Positions 53,620 through 63,744 of a stretch of 64,000 bases of DNA are shown in pieces. The stretch is from Escherichia coli. GTDB lineage: Bacteria; Pseudomonadota; Gammaproteobacteria; Enterobacterales; Enterobacteriaceae. Position 1 is the first letter of the stretch, and every line of letters begins with the position of its first letter. The position numbers were made by a program, and so were the translations under genes. The notes beneath the pieces are model-generated. The model did no database searches. It worked only from the letters and a program-made list of their open reading frames with translations, and was not told the DNA's origin. The stretch lies in NCBI RefSeq assembly GCF_003334815.1, contig NZ_QOWO01000018.1, one strand, 5' to 3'.

Positions 53620-54462
53620 TCAGCACTTCTGCACAGTATTTAACAACTTCTCTAAATTCTGATACATCGCGCTATTAATATCGCTATTCTGCCACTCATC
53701 CACATTAAAGGTTAATTGCCAGCTACCGTTGCACTGGTTGCGCAGAACAATATCACTCTCCAGTCGGTTACGAACATATTTATAATAGGTTGTCATTGTC
53801 ATATTATGCGCTGACAATAAATTATCGAGTTTGTCTTTTCCTGGTGCGAGGGTTTGTGACAGTAACGGTGCGGAATTATTTTCTTTTCCAGAACTAAGGT
53901 GAAATATTTTTATTCTTGGGCTGTTAATTGACTCTTTTACCAGTTGCGGGGCGTCAGGTGTACTTTTCAAGTGTGAATACCCCACGGTCGAGCCAATAAA
54001 TATAACAGCCGCGGTCAACGCTAACCCCATCAGTCCTTTATGTTTTTTTCTAACAGGCACAGGCAGGGTTGTCGAAGATATCTCTCCTGGCACAGTTTCC
54101 TGTACCTGGTTGGTAATAATCAGCGCTTCCGCAGGCGATGACTCCGGCAAAGACACATACTCTTTATTGCACAGGTAACCTTTTTTCGGGATGGTTTTAA
54201 TAATGTTCTGTTGTTTGCCATCATCGTCGATAGCAACGCGTAATGCATGTATCGCCGTCGGCAGGCTGTTACCGCCGACAATGCGGTTCTTCCATACTTC
54301 GGCACATAAATAAGATCGCGATAAAACCACATCGGCATTTTTTGCTAATGTTTCCAGCAAAATAAAATGGTATTCGCCGAGACGACGTGTTTCACCCGTT
54401 TCGCAATGTATTAAGGCATTAAGCGACGGGTCCATCCGCCAGTTGTTGATAATAATACTCAT
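53620..54462 (-). CDS. lafZ: ToxR/CadC-like transmembrane transcriptional regulator (OmpR-type winged helix, single TM, periplasmic domain)
   Basis: ATG at 54462 verified codon by codon; N-terminal winged-helix region then TM helix LMGLALTAAVIFIGSTVGY; divergent from lafA. Confidence 0.6.
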   Translation of the reverse strand: MSIIINNWRMDPSLNALIHCETGETRRLGEYHFILLETLAKNADVVLSRSYLCAEVWKNRIVGGNSLPTAIHALRVAIDDDGKQQNIIKTIPKKGYLCNKEYVSLPESSPAEALIITNQVQETVPGEISSTTLPVPVRKKHKGLMGLALTAAVIFIGSTVGYSHLKSTPDAPQLVKESINSPRIKIFHLSSGKENNSAPLLSQTLAPGKDKLDNLLSAHNMTMTTYYKYVRNRLESDIVLRNQCNGSWQLTFNVDEWQNSDINSAMYQNLEKLLNTVQKC

Positions 54463-54947
54463 AGTTGAGTTTACCTTAGCAAGGGATAAATGTTTCCTGA
54501 TAGTGCTTTGCATAAAGCACAGTCTTATACGTCCCTGAGAAGATGATTTTTCTGCGTGATAATTAATATTTTATGGTAATAGGATTATTCTTAATCACTA
54601 TATGGCGTGGAAATGTAACGAAATGACAGGACAGGTACAATAGCCAAATGTGTACTATTTGCAACGCAATGTAAATTTTGGCATCAGTACATTGAGAAGA
54701 AAACGCGTTAATTGATGGTAATCTTAACTATATCAAGCGTTTGATAAAGACATATTTTGATACCTGGCCATGTGGCAGATATTGCTAATAATCTTTTTAT
54801 CTGAATTTAAACTCTGCTTTTTTTAGCTAAAAGTGGCATCAGATAAACCGCAGTGAAATTTTTTTAACGGCGGTTTTAAGTTTGCTCCCGAGGTGTCGTT
54901 TTTACAGGGTATCGAAACGAAAACGATTAATCCCAAGGAGCAGTATC

Positions 54948-55862
54948 ATGTTATCTATTAACACCAATAACGCCTCAATGGCCGCCGTTAATGCAATCAG
55001 CAAAAGCAGCTCTTCTCTGTCTACATCTATGGAACGCCTGGCGACAGGTAACCGGATTAACTCTTCTGCCGATGACGCCGCAGGCAAACAAATTGCTAAC
55101 CGTCTGACAGCACAGTCCAGCGGTATGGATGTTGCGCTGAGCAACATCAATGATGCCACCGCGATGCTGCAAACCGCCGACAGCATGTTCGACGAAATGT
55201 CTGACGTGCTGGGTCGTATGAAAGACCTGTCAACTCAGGCAGCGAACGGCACCTACAGCGACGACGATCTGCAGGCGATGCAGGACGAATACGACGAACT
55301 GGGCCAGCAGATGTCTGACATGCTGCAAAACACCACCTACGGCGGCACCAACCTGTTCGGTGTTTCCGGCACCAGCAACACCGGTACTGACGGCCTGTTC
55401 CAGAGCGCGGTAACTTTCCAGGTGGGCGCGGAATCTTCCGACACCATGACCGTGAACATCTCTAGCCAACTGAACACGCTGGTGACTGACCTTTCTGCTA
55501 TCAGCAACTCCTTCAGTGCGGATCAGGCAGACACCACAGGCACCGCAGGCGTTTCTGGCGGTACTGAACTGACTGCGTCTGGCTCGGCTAACCAGATGAT
55601 CACCAGCATTTCTACCGCGATGGATGATGTTTCGCAGATCCAGTCCAAGCTGGGTGCGTCTATCAACCGTCTGAACGACACGGCTAATAACCTGACCAGT
55701 ATGCAGGACAACACCGAAGTTGCTATCGGTAACATCATGGATACCGACTACGCTACGGAAGCGTCCAATATGACCAAACAGCAGGTGCTGATGCAGACCG
55801 GCATCACCATGCTGAAACAGTCCAACAGCATGTCCAGCATGGTTTCCAGCCTGCTGCAGTAA
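54948..55862 (+). CDS. lafA: Lateral flagellin
   Basis: 304-aa product MLSINTNNASMAAVNAISKSS...RLATGNRINSSADDAAG... with conserved flagellin termini; AAGGAG RBS; variable Ser/Thr-rich central region. Confidence 0.9.
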   Translation: MLSINTNNASMAAVNAISKSSSSLSTSMERLATGNRINSSADDAAGKQIANRLTAQSSGMDVALSNINDATAMLQTADSMFDEMSDVLGRMKDLSTQAANGTYSDDDLQAMQDEYDELGQQMSDMLQNTTYGGTNLFGVSGTSNTGTDGLFQSAVTFQVGAESSDTMTVNISSQLNTLVTDLSAISNSFSADQADTTGTAGVSGGTELTASGSANQMITSISTAMDDVSQIQSKLGASINRLNDTANNLTSMQDNTEVAIGNIMDTDYATEASNMTKQQVLMQTGITMLKQSNSMSSMVSSLLQ

Positions 55863-55869
55863 TGGCGGA

Positions 55870-55978
55870 CTTGCCGGATGCGGCGTGAACGCCTTATCCG
55901 GCCTACAAAATATTGCAAATTCAATATATTGCAGAAACCTTGTAGGCCTGATAAGCGCAGCGCATCAGGCAGTGTTGC
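55870..55978. repeat. REP pair (BIME) downstream of lafA
   Basis: Two inverted REP palindromes. Confidence 0.7.
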
Positions 55979-55991
55979 GTTTGTCATCAGT

Positions 55992-56020
55992 CTCAACACC
56001 GCCTGCGGGCGGTGTTGTTC
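55992..56020 (+). terminator. Rho-independent terminator downstream of lafA
   Basis: caacaccgcc-tgcg-ggcggtgttg hairpin followed by a T-rich tract. Confidence 0.55.
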
Positions 56021-56105
56021 TTTCTGCGGCAGGCGTATTTCCACCAGACCGGAAATGGCCTTTCCGCCCATTTTTCAATCTATTGATTATTCACATAAAA
56101 ATTAT

Positions 56106-56120
56106 TGGCACGCCTTTTGC
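56106..56120 (+). promoter_or_regulatory. Sigma-54 promoter upstream of lafB
   Basis: Perfect TGGCAC-N5-TTGC (tggcacgccttttgc), 33 bp upstream of the lafB start. Confidence 0.7.
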
Positions 56121-56152
56121 CAATAACCTGACATCGTTATCCGGAGTCATCA

Positions 56153-57469
56153 ATGATCAACCCAAGAACCATTGCGCAAGAAATCGCTTATGCAGATGTC
56201 GCCACTCAGGCGGCAAACTTGCAGGAGAAGCAAACGGAGCTGGATGCCGAAAGCAGCGGCCTGGACTCGCTCAGCTCGGCGTTGAGCGATTTCCAGAGCG
56301 CCGTGGATGCGCTAAACAGCGATACCGACGGCCCGGTGACCTTCGCTGCCACCAGCAATAATGACTCGGCGACCGTTTCCGCTAACTCGCAGGCGCAGGC
56401 GGGAAGCTACTCGTTTTTCGTTGAACAACTGGCGCAGGGGCAGCAGACCACGTTCAGTATGGGTGATGACACCTTTTCTGCGACGGGGACGTTCGAAATG
56501 ACCATGGGCGACAGCACCATGGATATTGATCTGGCGGCGGCGGATCAGAACGGTGACGGCGACGGTTTTATCGACGCCAGTGAACTGGTGAATGCGATTA
56601 ACGACTCCGATGACAATCCGGGCGTGTCGGCTGCGCTGGTAAAAACCGACGGCACCACCACGATTATGCTCACCTCGGATAGCACCGGGGCGCAGAGCGC
56701 GTTTTCGGTGAGCGTAACGGGGCATGATGCCAGCAACGATAGCGCCAGCGCGCCCGTTGCCACGGATGTTTCCTCCGCTCAGGACGCGATTATTCATCTC
56801 GGTAGCGCCACAGGGCCTGAGATCACCAACAGCAGCAATACATTTGATGATGTGATCCCCGGCGTCACCATGACTTTCACCGAAGTCAGCGATTCTGACA
56901 GCGATCTCACTACCTTTAACATCAGCGAAGATTCCAGCGCCAGTCAGGAGAAAGTACAGACCTTTGTCGATGCCTATAACACCTTGATTGATACGGTTGA
57001 TTCACTGACTACTCATGGTGATGACAGTACCAGCGCCGGGGTATTTGCAGGCGACGCCGGACTCAATTCACTGGCGAACCAGCTCGATGACATCGCCCAT
57101 GCCAACTACAACGGCGTGTCGATTGTTGACTATGGCATCACGCTTGATTCTCACGGCCACTTACAGATTGACTCCGACCAGTTCAACGACGAAATGGCGA
57201 AAAATCCTGACGGTCTGACCTCTATTTTCGTTGGCGACAACAGCATGGTGGCGCAGATGGACGACCTGATTAACACCTACACGGACTCCAGCAACGGCAT
57301 CATCACCCTGCGCCAGCAGAACATTGACGATCAGATGAGCAAAATTCAGGACGAAGGCGATCAGCTTACCGATACCTATAACGCCAACTACGACCGTTAT
57401 CTCGAGGAGTACACCAACACGCTGGTCGAGGTGTACACCATGAAAGCCAGCATGGCGGCATTCGCGTAA
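56153..57469 (+). CDS. lafB: Lateral flagellar filament cap protein, FliD homologue (HAP2)
   Basis: 438-aa ORF; FliD-like coiled-coil termini and Ser/Thr/Asp-rich central domain. Confidence 0.8.
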   Translation: MINPRTIAQEIAYADVATQAANLQEKQTELDAESSGLDSLSSALSDFQSAVDALNSDTDGPVTFAATSNNDSATVSANSQAQAGSYSFFVEQLAQGQQTTFSMGDDTFSATGTFEMTMGDSTMDIDLAAADQNGDGDGFIDASELVNAINDSDDNPGVSAALVKTDGTTTIMLTSDSTGAQSAFSVSVTGHDASNDSASAPVATDVSSAQDAIIHLGSATGPEITNSSNTFDDVIPGVTMTFTEVSDSDSDLTTFNISEDSSASQEKVQTFVDAYNTLIDTVDSLTTHGDDSTSAGVFAGDAGLNSLANQLDDIAHANYNGVSIVDYGITLDSHGHLQIDSDQFNDEMAKNPDGLTSIFVGDNSMVAQMDDLINTYTDSSNGIITLRQQNIDDQMSKIQDEGDQLTDTYNANYDRYLEEYTNTLVEVYTMKASMAAFA

Positions 57470-57491
57470 CTCAGAAGGAATATCCCTAAAG

Positions 57492-57884
57492 ATGTACCAA
57501 GTACAGGACGGCTATTCACAATATAAAGAGATCGATCTCGCGGCGCGTACTGCGGCGGCATCGCCTCTGGAACTGGTGCTGGTGCTGTTTTCTGGCCTGA
57601 TGGACGAGCTGGAACGCGCCAAAAGCCATATTGAAGGGCGGCGTTTCGAGAAGAAAGCCCAGAGCATCAATAAATGCATCGACATTCTCAATGCGCTTAC
57701 CAGTTCGCTGGAGTTTGAAACCGGCGGTGAGCTGGTGGTCAACCTTTCGCGACTCTATGACCACTGCGTTTACCGATTGTATGAGGCCAGCGGCGAATTA
57801 TCGGCAGAGAAAATCGATGAAGTGATGCTGATCTTAAGCAACCTGCGCGAAGGCTGGGAAGGGCTTTCGGGCAAGCTGGGTTAA
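57492..57884 (+). CDS. lafC: Flagellin chaperone, FliS homologue
   Basis: 130-aa ORF with FliS-family core (ELVLVLFSGLMDEL...LSRLYDHCVYRL). Confidence 0.8.
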   Translation: MYQVQDGYSQYKEIDLAARTAAASPLELVLVLFSGLMDELERAKSHIEGRRFEKKAQSINKCIDILNALTSSLEFETGGELVVNLSRLYDHCVYRLYEASGELSAEKIDEVMLILSNLREGWEGLSGKLG

Positions 57885-57888
57885 GACG

Positions 57889-58200
57889 ATGGAAAAACAA
57901 CGCAGGCAACTTTTCGCACTGGTCGAGGCGATGAATGAAGCCCTCGACAAGCAACGCTGGCGACGCCTTCCGGCACTGCATCAGCAGTTGATGCGCCAGT
58001 TTCACGATTACGCGGCGGCGGAAACCGACGCGGCGCAGTTCTGTGCGGTAAAGGCGCATTTGTACGGCGCGTTTAATGCCCTGATTAAACGGCGCGAGCA
58101 GCGCGCAGAAGTGTTGAAGGCGCGTATGGAACAGCATCAGCGGCATCAGGAAGGTGTGCTCGCCTACTCAATTGTTAATTTACTTTCGGAGAAGTCATGA
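57889..58200 (+). CDS. lafD: Small helical protein (possible FliT-like chaperone)
   Basis: 103-aa ORF following the FliS homologue; position analogous to fliT. Confidence 0.5.
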   Translation: MEKQRRQLFALVEAMNEALDKQRWRRLPALHQQLMRQFHDYAAAETDAAQFCAVKAHLYGAFNALIKRREQRAEVLKARMEQHQRHQEGVLAYSIVNLLSEKS

Positions 58201-59258
58201 ATCCGGCATTGCTTGCCACGCTCGGAACGCTTGCGGAAACCGCTTCGTTGAAGGCGGATATTTTACCGCCGGTGAGCGGTGAAAACGCGCCCGCGTTTAC
58301 CCTGCCGAAAATGGCGGTCGCGGCGGTGGCGGAGCGCGTTCATAGCGCTAAAACCAGTCAGCAACAGGCGACGCGCCCGCAGGAGAACGATCCGGTGGCG
58401 ATGCAGGCGCTAATGGCGCTGTTACTTCCACAACCTGCCGCGCCGCATCAGCACACGCCGCAGCCGCGAAACGTCGCAACATCGCCGGTTATCCAGCAAT
58501 TGACGAAAGCGGTGGTGCAAAACGCGCCGCAACGCCAGACGCAACAGCAGGAACTCACGCCGTTGCCGCCGCAGTTGCAGGAACTGATCAGTCAGTTGCC
58601 ACAGGCGAAGCCCGAACAGCAGGCCAGACTGGCGACTTACGCCAGTGAAGATTTACATGCCATTGCGCCGACGCAGCCGCGCGTTTCAACACAGCCAGCT
58701 CGCCCAAAACCTGAACTAACCCGTGTGACCGCGCGCCCGCAGGTCGAGCGTAAAACGGAAAAAGTGCCGGACAGCGAACCGGTTATTGCGCGTGCGGTGT
58801 TGCAGGTTAAGACGCCGGAGCTGCTCAGCGAGCATCAGGAGATTGTCGCCAAACCAGCCACGCTTTCGATGGACGAACTGGGCGAAAAACTGACGACGCT
58901 TTTGAAAGATCAGATCCACTTTCAGCTCAACAAACAACAGCAGATCTCCACCATCCGTCTCGATCCACCGTCGCTTGGCAAGCTCGAGATCGCCGTACAA
59001 CTCGACAACGGCAAACTGATGGTGCACATCGGCGCGAACCAAAGTGAAGTTTGCCGCGCGTTACAGCAGTTTAGCGACGATCTCCGCCAGCATCTGACGG
59101 CGCAAAATTTTATGGAGGTGAACGTACAGGTCTCCTCCGAAGGGCAGTCGCAGCAACAACAACAGTCGGGCCATCAGCAGGAAGAGGTGAGTGCCGCCTT
59201 ACAGCTTGATGATGCGCCTCAATTTCAACAGAACGAATCCGTTTTGATCAAAGTGTAA
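58197..59258 (+). CDS. lafE: Hook-length control protein, FliK homologue
   Basis: 353-aa Pro/Gln-rich protein with FliK-like C-terminal domain. Confidence 0.7.
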   Translation: MNPALLATLGTLAETASLKADILPPVSGENAPAFTLPKMAVAAVAERVHSAKTSQQQATRPQENDPVAMQALMALLLPQPAAPHQHTPQPRNVATSPVIQQLTKAVVQNAPQRQTQQQELTPLPPQLQELISQLPQAKPEQQARLATYASEDLHAIAPTQPRVSTQPARPKPELTRVTARPQVERKTEKVPDSEPVIARAVLQVKTPELLSEHQEIVAKPATLSMDELGEKLTTLLKDQIHFQLNKQQQISTIRLDPPSLGKLEIAVQLDNGKLMVHIGANQSEVCRALQQFSDDLRQHLTAQNFMEVNVQVSSEGQSQQQQQSGHQQEEVSAALQLDDAPQFQQNESVLIKV

Positions 59259-59265
59259 AGGCAAT

Positions 59266-59733
59266 ATGAAGAAAATCGTGGTGGCGGGCGTGGTCAGCGC
59301 CGTTCTGGCGTTGGTGGTGGGGGCCGGAGCTGGATGGGGTGTCTGGCATCATTATGCCGGAAAAGGAAAACCGACTGCCGCCGCGCAGACGGAAACGGTG
59401 GAAACCCTGGATGAAAGCAAAAGCGTGTTTGTGACGTTGCCGGAAACCATTGTCACGCTGCATGACAACAACGGCGCGGACCATTATTTGTCGGCGGAAT
59501 TAGTGATGGTGGTCGCCAGTGACAAAGAAGCGGAAAAAATAAAACATCAGGAGCCGCTGTATCAAAGTATTGCGGTTGAATGCCTGACGGAAATGAAATT
59601 TGAAGATTTGCGTGGCATGAAAATATCCGCCATCCGCAAACTCATTTCTGACGCGTTAAAGAAAGATCTTCAGCGTCGCAAAATGAGCGCACCGTATAAG
59701 GATTTGCTGGTGAAAAAAGTGGTCTTCCAGTAA
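59266..59733 (+). CDS. lafF: Flagellar basal-body-associated protein, FliL homologue
   Basis: 155-aa ORF with a single N-terminal TM helix and FliL-like domain. Confidence 0.7.
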   Translation: MKKIVVAGVVSAVLALVVGAGAGWGVWHHYAGKGKPTAAAQTETVETLDESKSVFVTLPETIVTLHDNNGADHYLSAELVMVVASDKEAEKIKHQEPLYQSIAVECLTEMKFEDLRGMKISAIRKLISDALKKDLQRRKMSAPYKDLLVKKVVFQ

Positions 59734-59752
59734 TCACCAGGCGGATATAAAT

Positions 59753-60469
59753 ATGCTACAGGATGTATTCGAGTCGGAAGAATTTGCTGCCGCGCCGGTA
59801 TTAACCCCGCAGCAGGAGAGCCACTACTTGCAGGCCTATTTACCGTTGGTGCGTAAAGTGGTGCGGCAACTTGCCCCGCAGTGTAATTGCATTATTGATC
59901 GTCAGGATATGGAACAAACGGCGTTAATGGGGCTGCTTAATGCCATCCGTCGCTACGGGCTGCCGGACGAAGGTTTTGCGGGCTATGCCGTGCACCGTAT
60001 TCGCGGCGCGATCCTGGATGAGCTGCGCGCTCTCGACTGGCGACCGCGCCAGCTGCGACAGAAATATCATCAGATGAAAGATCTGATTCGCGAAACGCGC
60101 AAAAAACTGGGGCACGAACCGGAGTGGTCAGAACTGGCCGTGGAAGGGATCTCGCATGAAGATTATCTCGAATATCAGCAACTGGAAGGGGCGGAAACGC
60201 TCGCCAGCCTGGACGAACTGCTGAACGGCGAAGGGCCTGGCATTCTGCTTGCTGGCAGGGAGCTGGAAGATCAGTTTGTCACCCAGCAAATGCTGCAACA
60301 GGCGCTTTCACAATTAAGCGAAAAAGAGCAACTGATCCTCTCCATGTATTACCAGCATGAGATGAATCTCAAAGAGATTGCGCTGGTATTAGGGCTAACC
60401 GAGGCCCGAATTTGTCAACTGAATAAACAGATCGCGCAGAAAATTCGTGATTTTGTCTATCCGAATTAA
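59753..60469 (+). CDS. lafS: Lateral flagellar sigma factor (sigma-28/FliA family)
   Basis: 238-aa ORF with sigma-70 region 2 and C-terminal region 4 HTH (LKEIALVLGLTEARICQL). Confidence 0.85.
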   Translation: MLQDVFESEEFAAAPVLTPQQESHYLQAYLPLVRKVVRQLAPQCNCIIDRQDMEQTALMGLLNAIRRYGLPDEGFAGYAVHRIRGAILDELRALDWRPRQLRQKYHQMKDLIRETRKKLGHEPEWSELAVEGISHEDYLEYQQLEGAETLASLDELLNGEGPGILLAGRELEDQFVTQQMLQQALSQLSEKEQLILSMYYQHEMNLKEIALVLGLTEARICQLNKQIAQKIRDFVYPN

Positions 60470-60481
60470 AGTGAAGAAATC

Positions 60482-61345
60482 ATGCAAAAAATATTAGGTT
60501 TACTGGTGGTGCTCGGCTGCGTATTTGGCGGTTATTTTGAAGCGGGCGGGCAATTAGTGGCTATCTGGCAACCGGCGGAAATGATCATTATTTTGGGTGC
60601 CGGTTTCGGGGCGATGATTATTGGTAACCCGAAACATGTGCTGAAAGAGATTGCCCATCAAATTAAAGGCGTAATCAGTAAAAAACAGCTCGGGCCGGAG
60701 TTTCAGCGCCAGCTATTAATGTGCCTGTATGAGTTACTCGAAATGGTGCAAAACGGTGGTCTGCGCATGCTGGATCAACATATTGAGCAACCGGAAGAGA
60801 GCACCATTTTCCAGAAATACCCGCTGGTGTTAACCCAGAAGCGGCTGGTGACCTTTATTGCCGATAACTTTCGCCTGATGGCGATGGGTAAAATCGACGC
60901 CCATGAACTGGAAGGCATTCTCGATCAGGAACTGGACACCGCGGAAGAGTCGCTGCTAACGCCGTCGCGCTCGCTGCAACGTACCGCCGAAGCGATGCCG
61001 GGGTTTGGCATTTGTGCGGCGGTGTTGGGCATCATCATCACCATGCAGTCGATTGACGGCTCTATCGCCCTGATTGGCCTGAAAGTGGCGGCAGCGCTGG
61101 TGGGGACATTTTTAGGCGTCTTTATCTGCTACTGCCTGATGGACCCACTCGCCAACGCCATGGAACAACAGGCGCGGGCAGAACATTCTTTGCTGGAATG
61201 CGTGCGTACCGTGCTGGAGGCGCAGGCAGGCGGCAAACCGACGCTGCTGGCGGTGGACGCCGGGCGTAAGCTACTGCATCTGGCGTCCAAACCGACCTTC
61301 GCCAACCTCGACGCGTGGGTGAATGCGATGCTGGAGCAAGAATAA
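60482..61345 (+). CDS. lafT: Lateral flagellar motor stator protein, MotA homologue
   Basis: 287-aa four-TM protein with MotA-like cytoplasmic loop. Confidence 0.8.
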   Translation: MQKILGLLVVLGCVFGGYFEAGGQLVAIWQPAEMIIILGAGFGAMIIGNPKHVLKEIAHQIKGVISKKQLGPEFQRQLLMCLYELLEMVQNGGLRMLDQHIEQPEESTIFQKYPLVLTQKRLVTFIADNFRLMAMGKIDAHELEGILDQELDTAEESLLTPSRSLQRTAEAMPGFGICAAVLGIIITMQSIDGSIALIGLKVAAALVGTFLGVFICYCLMDPLANAMEQQARAEHSLLECVRTVLEAQAGGKPTLLAVDAGRKLLHLASKPTFANLDAWVNAMLEQE

Positions 61346-61347
61346 GC

Positions 61348-62271
61348 ATGAGAAAGACGGGTAACCGCCGCGATCGTGGGGCAAAAACCACCATCGTCCG
61401 GCGGCAGATCAAAAAGAATCATGCCGGGCACCACGGCGGGGCGTGGAAGGTGGCGTTCGCCGACTTTACTTTGGCAATGATGGCGCTGTTTATGACGCTG
61501 TGGATTGTCAACAGCGTCAGTAAATCCGAGCGTGAAAGCATTATCGCCGCGCTGCACGGGCAGTCGATTTTTAACGGTGGTGGGCTGTCGCCGTTAAATA
61601 AAATCAGCCCGTCTCATCCGCCAAAACCTGCCACCGTGGCGGTGCCGGAAGAGACGGAGAAAAAAGCGCGTGATGTGAATGAGAAAACGGCGCTGCTGAA
61701 GAAGAAATCCGCCACCGAGCTTGGTGAGCTGGCAACCAGTATCAACACCATTGCCCGTGATGCGCATATGGAAGCGAATCTGGAGATGGAGATTGTTCCC
61801 CAGGGATTACGCGTGCTGATTAAAGACGACCAGAACCGCAATATGTTTGAACGCGGCAGCGCGAAGATTATGCCGTTCTTTAAAACGCTGCTGGTGGAGC
61901 TCGCGCCAGTGTTCGACTCGCTCGATAATAAAATTATTATTACCGGGCATACCGATGCGATGGCCTACAAAAACAATATCTACAACAACTGGAACCTTTC
62001 GGGTGACCGCGCGCTTTCGGCTCGTCGGGTGCTGGAAGAGGCCGGAATGCCGGAAGATAAAGTGATGCAGGTAAGCGCAATGGCGGACCAGATGCTGCTG
62101 GATTCCAAAAATCCGCAAAGCGCGGGCAACCGGCGCATTGAGATTATGGTGCTGACCAAAAGTGCGTCCGATACGCTGTATCAATACTTTGGTCAGCATG
62201 GGGATAAAGTGGTGCAGCCGCTGGTGCAAAAGCTGGATAAGCAGCAGGTGCTTTCGCAGCGAACGCGTTAA
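61348..62271 (+). CDS. lafU: Lateral flagellar motor stator protein, MotB homologue (OmpA-like C-terminus)
   Basis: ATG at 61348; N-terminal TM helix, C-terminal OmpA-like peptidoglycan-binding motif (ITGHTD...NWNLSGDRALSARRVL). Confidence 0.8.
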   Translation: MRKTGNRRDRGAKTTIVRRQIKKNHAGHHGGAWKVAFADFTLAMMALFMTLWIVNSVSKSERESIIAALHGQSIFNGGGLSPLNKISPSHPPKPATVAVPEETEKKARDVNEKTALLKKKSATELGELATSINTIARDAHMEANLEMEIVPQGLRVLIKDDQNRNMFERGSAKIMPFFKTLLVELAPVFDSLDNKIIITGHTDAMAYKNNIYNNWNLSGDRALSARRVLEEAGMPEDKVMQVSAMADQMLLDSKNPQSAGNRRIEIMVLTKSASDTLYQYFGQHGDKVVQPLVQKLDKQQVLSQRTR

Positions 62272-62307
62272 ATGCTGAATCTTTACGCATTTCTCAAACC
62301 CTGAAAT

Positions 62308-62327
62308 CACTGTATACTTTACCAGTG
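62308..62327 (+). promoter_or_regulatory. LexA box (SOS operator) upstream of dinB
   Basis: cactgtatactttaccagtg contains CTGT-N8-CCAG, 15 bp upstream of the dinB start. Confidence 0.7.
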
Positions 62328-62341
62328 TTGAGAGGTGAGCA

Positions 62342-63397
62342 ATGCGTAAAATCATTCATGTGGATATGGACTGCTTTTTCGCCGCAGTGGAGATGCGCGA
62401 CAATCCCGCCCTGCGCGATATCCCTATTGCTATTGGCGGCAGCCGCGAACGTCGGGGGGTGATCAGCACCGCCAATTATCCCGCGCGTAAATTTGGCGTA
62501 CGTAGCGCTATGCCGACAGGGATGGCGCTCAAATTATGCCCACATCTCACCTTGCTTCCGGGGCGCTTTGACGCCTACAAAGAAGCCTCAAATCATATCC
62601 GTGAAATCTTCTCGCGCTACACCTCGCGCATTGAACCGTTGTCACTGGATGAGGCTTATCTCGATGTCACCGATAGCGTCCATTGCCACGGTTCTGCGAC
62701 CCTCATCGCCCAGGAAATCCGCCAGACAATCTTCAACGAGCTGCAACTGACGGCGTCTGCGGGCGTGGCACCAGTAAAGTTTCTCGCCAAAATCGCCTCC
62801 GACATGAATAAACCCAACGGCCAGTTTGTGATTACGCCGGCAGAAGTTCCGGCATTTTTACAAACCTTACCGCTGGCAAAAATCCCCGGCGTCGGCAAAG
62901 TCTCAGCGGCAAAACTGGAAGCGATGGGGCTGCGGACCTGCGGTGATGTACAAAAGTGTGATCTGGTGATGCTGCTTAAACGCTTTGGCAAATTTGGCCG
63001 CATTTTGTGGGAGCGTAGTCAGGGGATTGACGAACGCGATGTTAACAGCGAACGGTTGCGAAAATCCGTCGGCGTGGAACGCACGATGGCGGAAGATATT
63101 CATCACTGGTCTGAATGTGAAGCGATTATCGAGCGGCTGTATCCGGAACTTGAACGCCGTCTGGCAAAGGTAAAACCTGATTTACTGATTGCTCGCCAGG
63201 GGGTGAAATTAAAGTTCGACGATTTTCAGCAAACCACCCAGGAGCACGTCTGGCCGCGGCTGAATAAAGCTGATCTAATCGCCACCGCGCGTAAAACCTG
63301 GGATGAACGCCGCGGCGGGCGCGGTGTGCGTCTGGTGGGGCTGCATGTGACGTTGCTTGACCCGCAAATGGAAAGACAACTGGTGCTGGGATTATGA
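62342..63397 (+). CDS. dinB: DNA polymerase IV (Y-family translesion polymerase)
   Basis: 351-aa [36 protein letters not shown]... with Y-family catalytic motifs. Confidence 0.9.
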
Positions 63398-63448
63398 TGT
63401 ATACTATTATGTATATTCTGGTGTGCATTATTATGAGGGTATCACTGT

Positions 63449-63742
63449 ATGCATCGAATTCTCGCTGAAAAATCGGTCAATATCACTGAGTTACGTAAAA
63501 ACCCAGCTAAATACTTTATTGATCAACCGGTTGCGGTTCTTTCTAATAATCGCCCCGCAGGATATCTCTTAAGTGCCAGCGCATTCGAAGCGTTAATGGA
63601 CATGCTTGCTGAACAAGAGGAGAAAAAGCCCATAAAGGCGCGCTTCCGTCCAAGTGCTGCAAGATTAGAGGAAATTACACGCCGCGCTGAACAATATCTT
63701 AATGATATGACGGATGATGATTTCAATGACTTTAAGGAATAA
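63449..63742 (+). CDS. yafN: Antitoxin YafN (Phd/YefM family)
   Basis: 97-aa ORF MHRILAEKSVNITELRKNPAKYF... followed 2 bp later by the toxin gene. Confidence 0.85.
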   Translation: MHRILAEKSVNITELRKNPAKYFIDQPVAVLSNNRPAGYLLSASAFEALMDMLAEQEEKKPIKARFRPSAARLEEITRRAEQYLNDMTDDDFNDFKE

Positions 63743-63744
63743 GG

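Noticed and set aside
54514-54947. A sigma-28 promoter for lafA
   Set aside because: Best candidates (for example TTAAACTC-N11-GCTAAAAG, TAAGTTTG...CGTTTTTA) match the TAAA-N15-GCCGATAA consensus at too few positions to call by eye.
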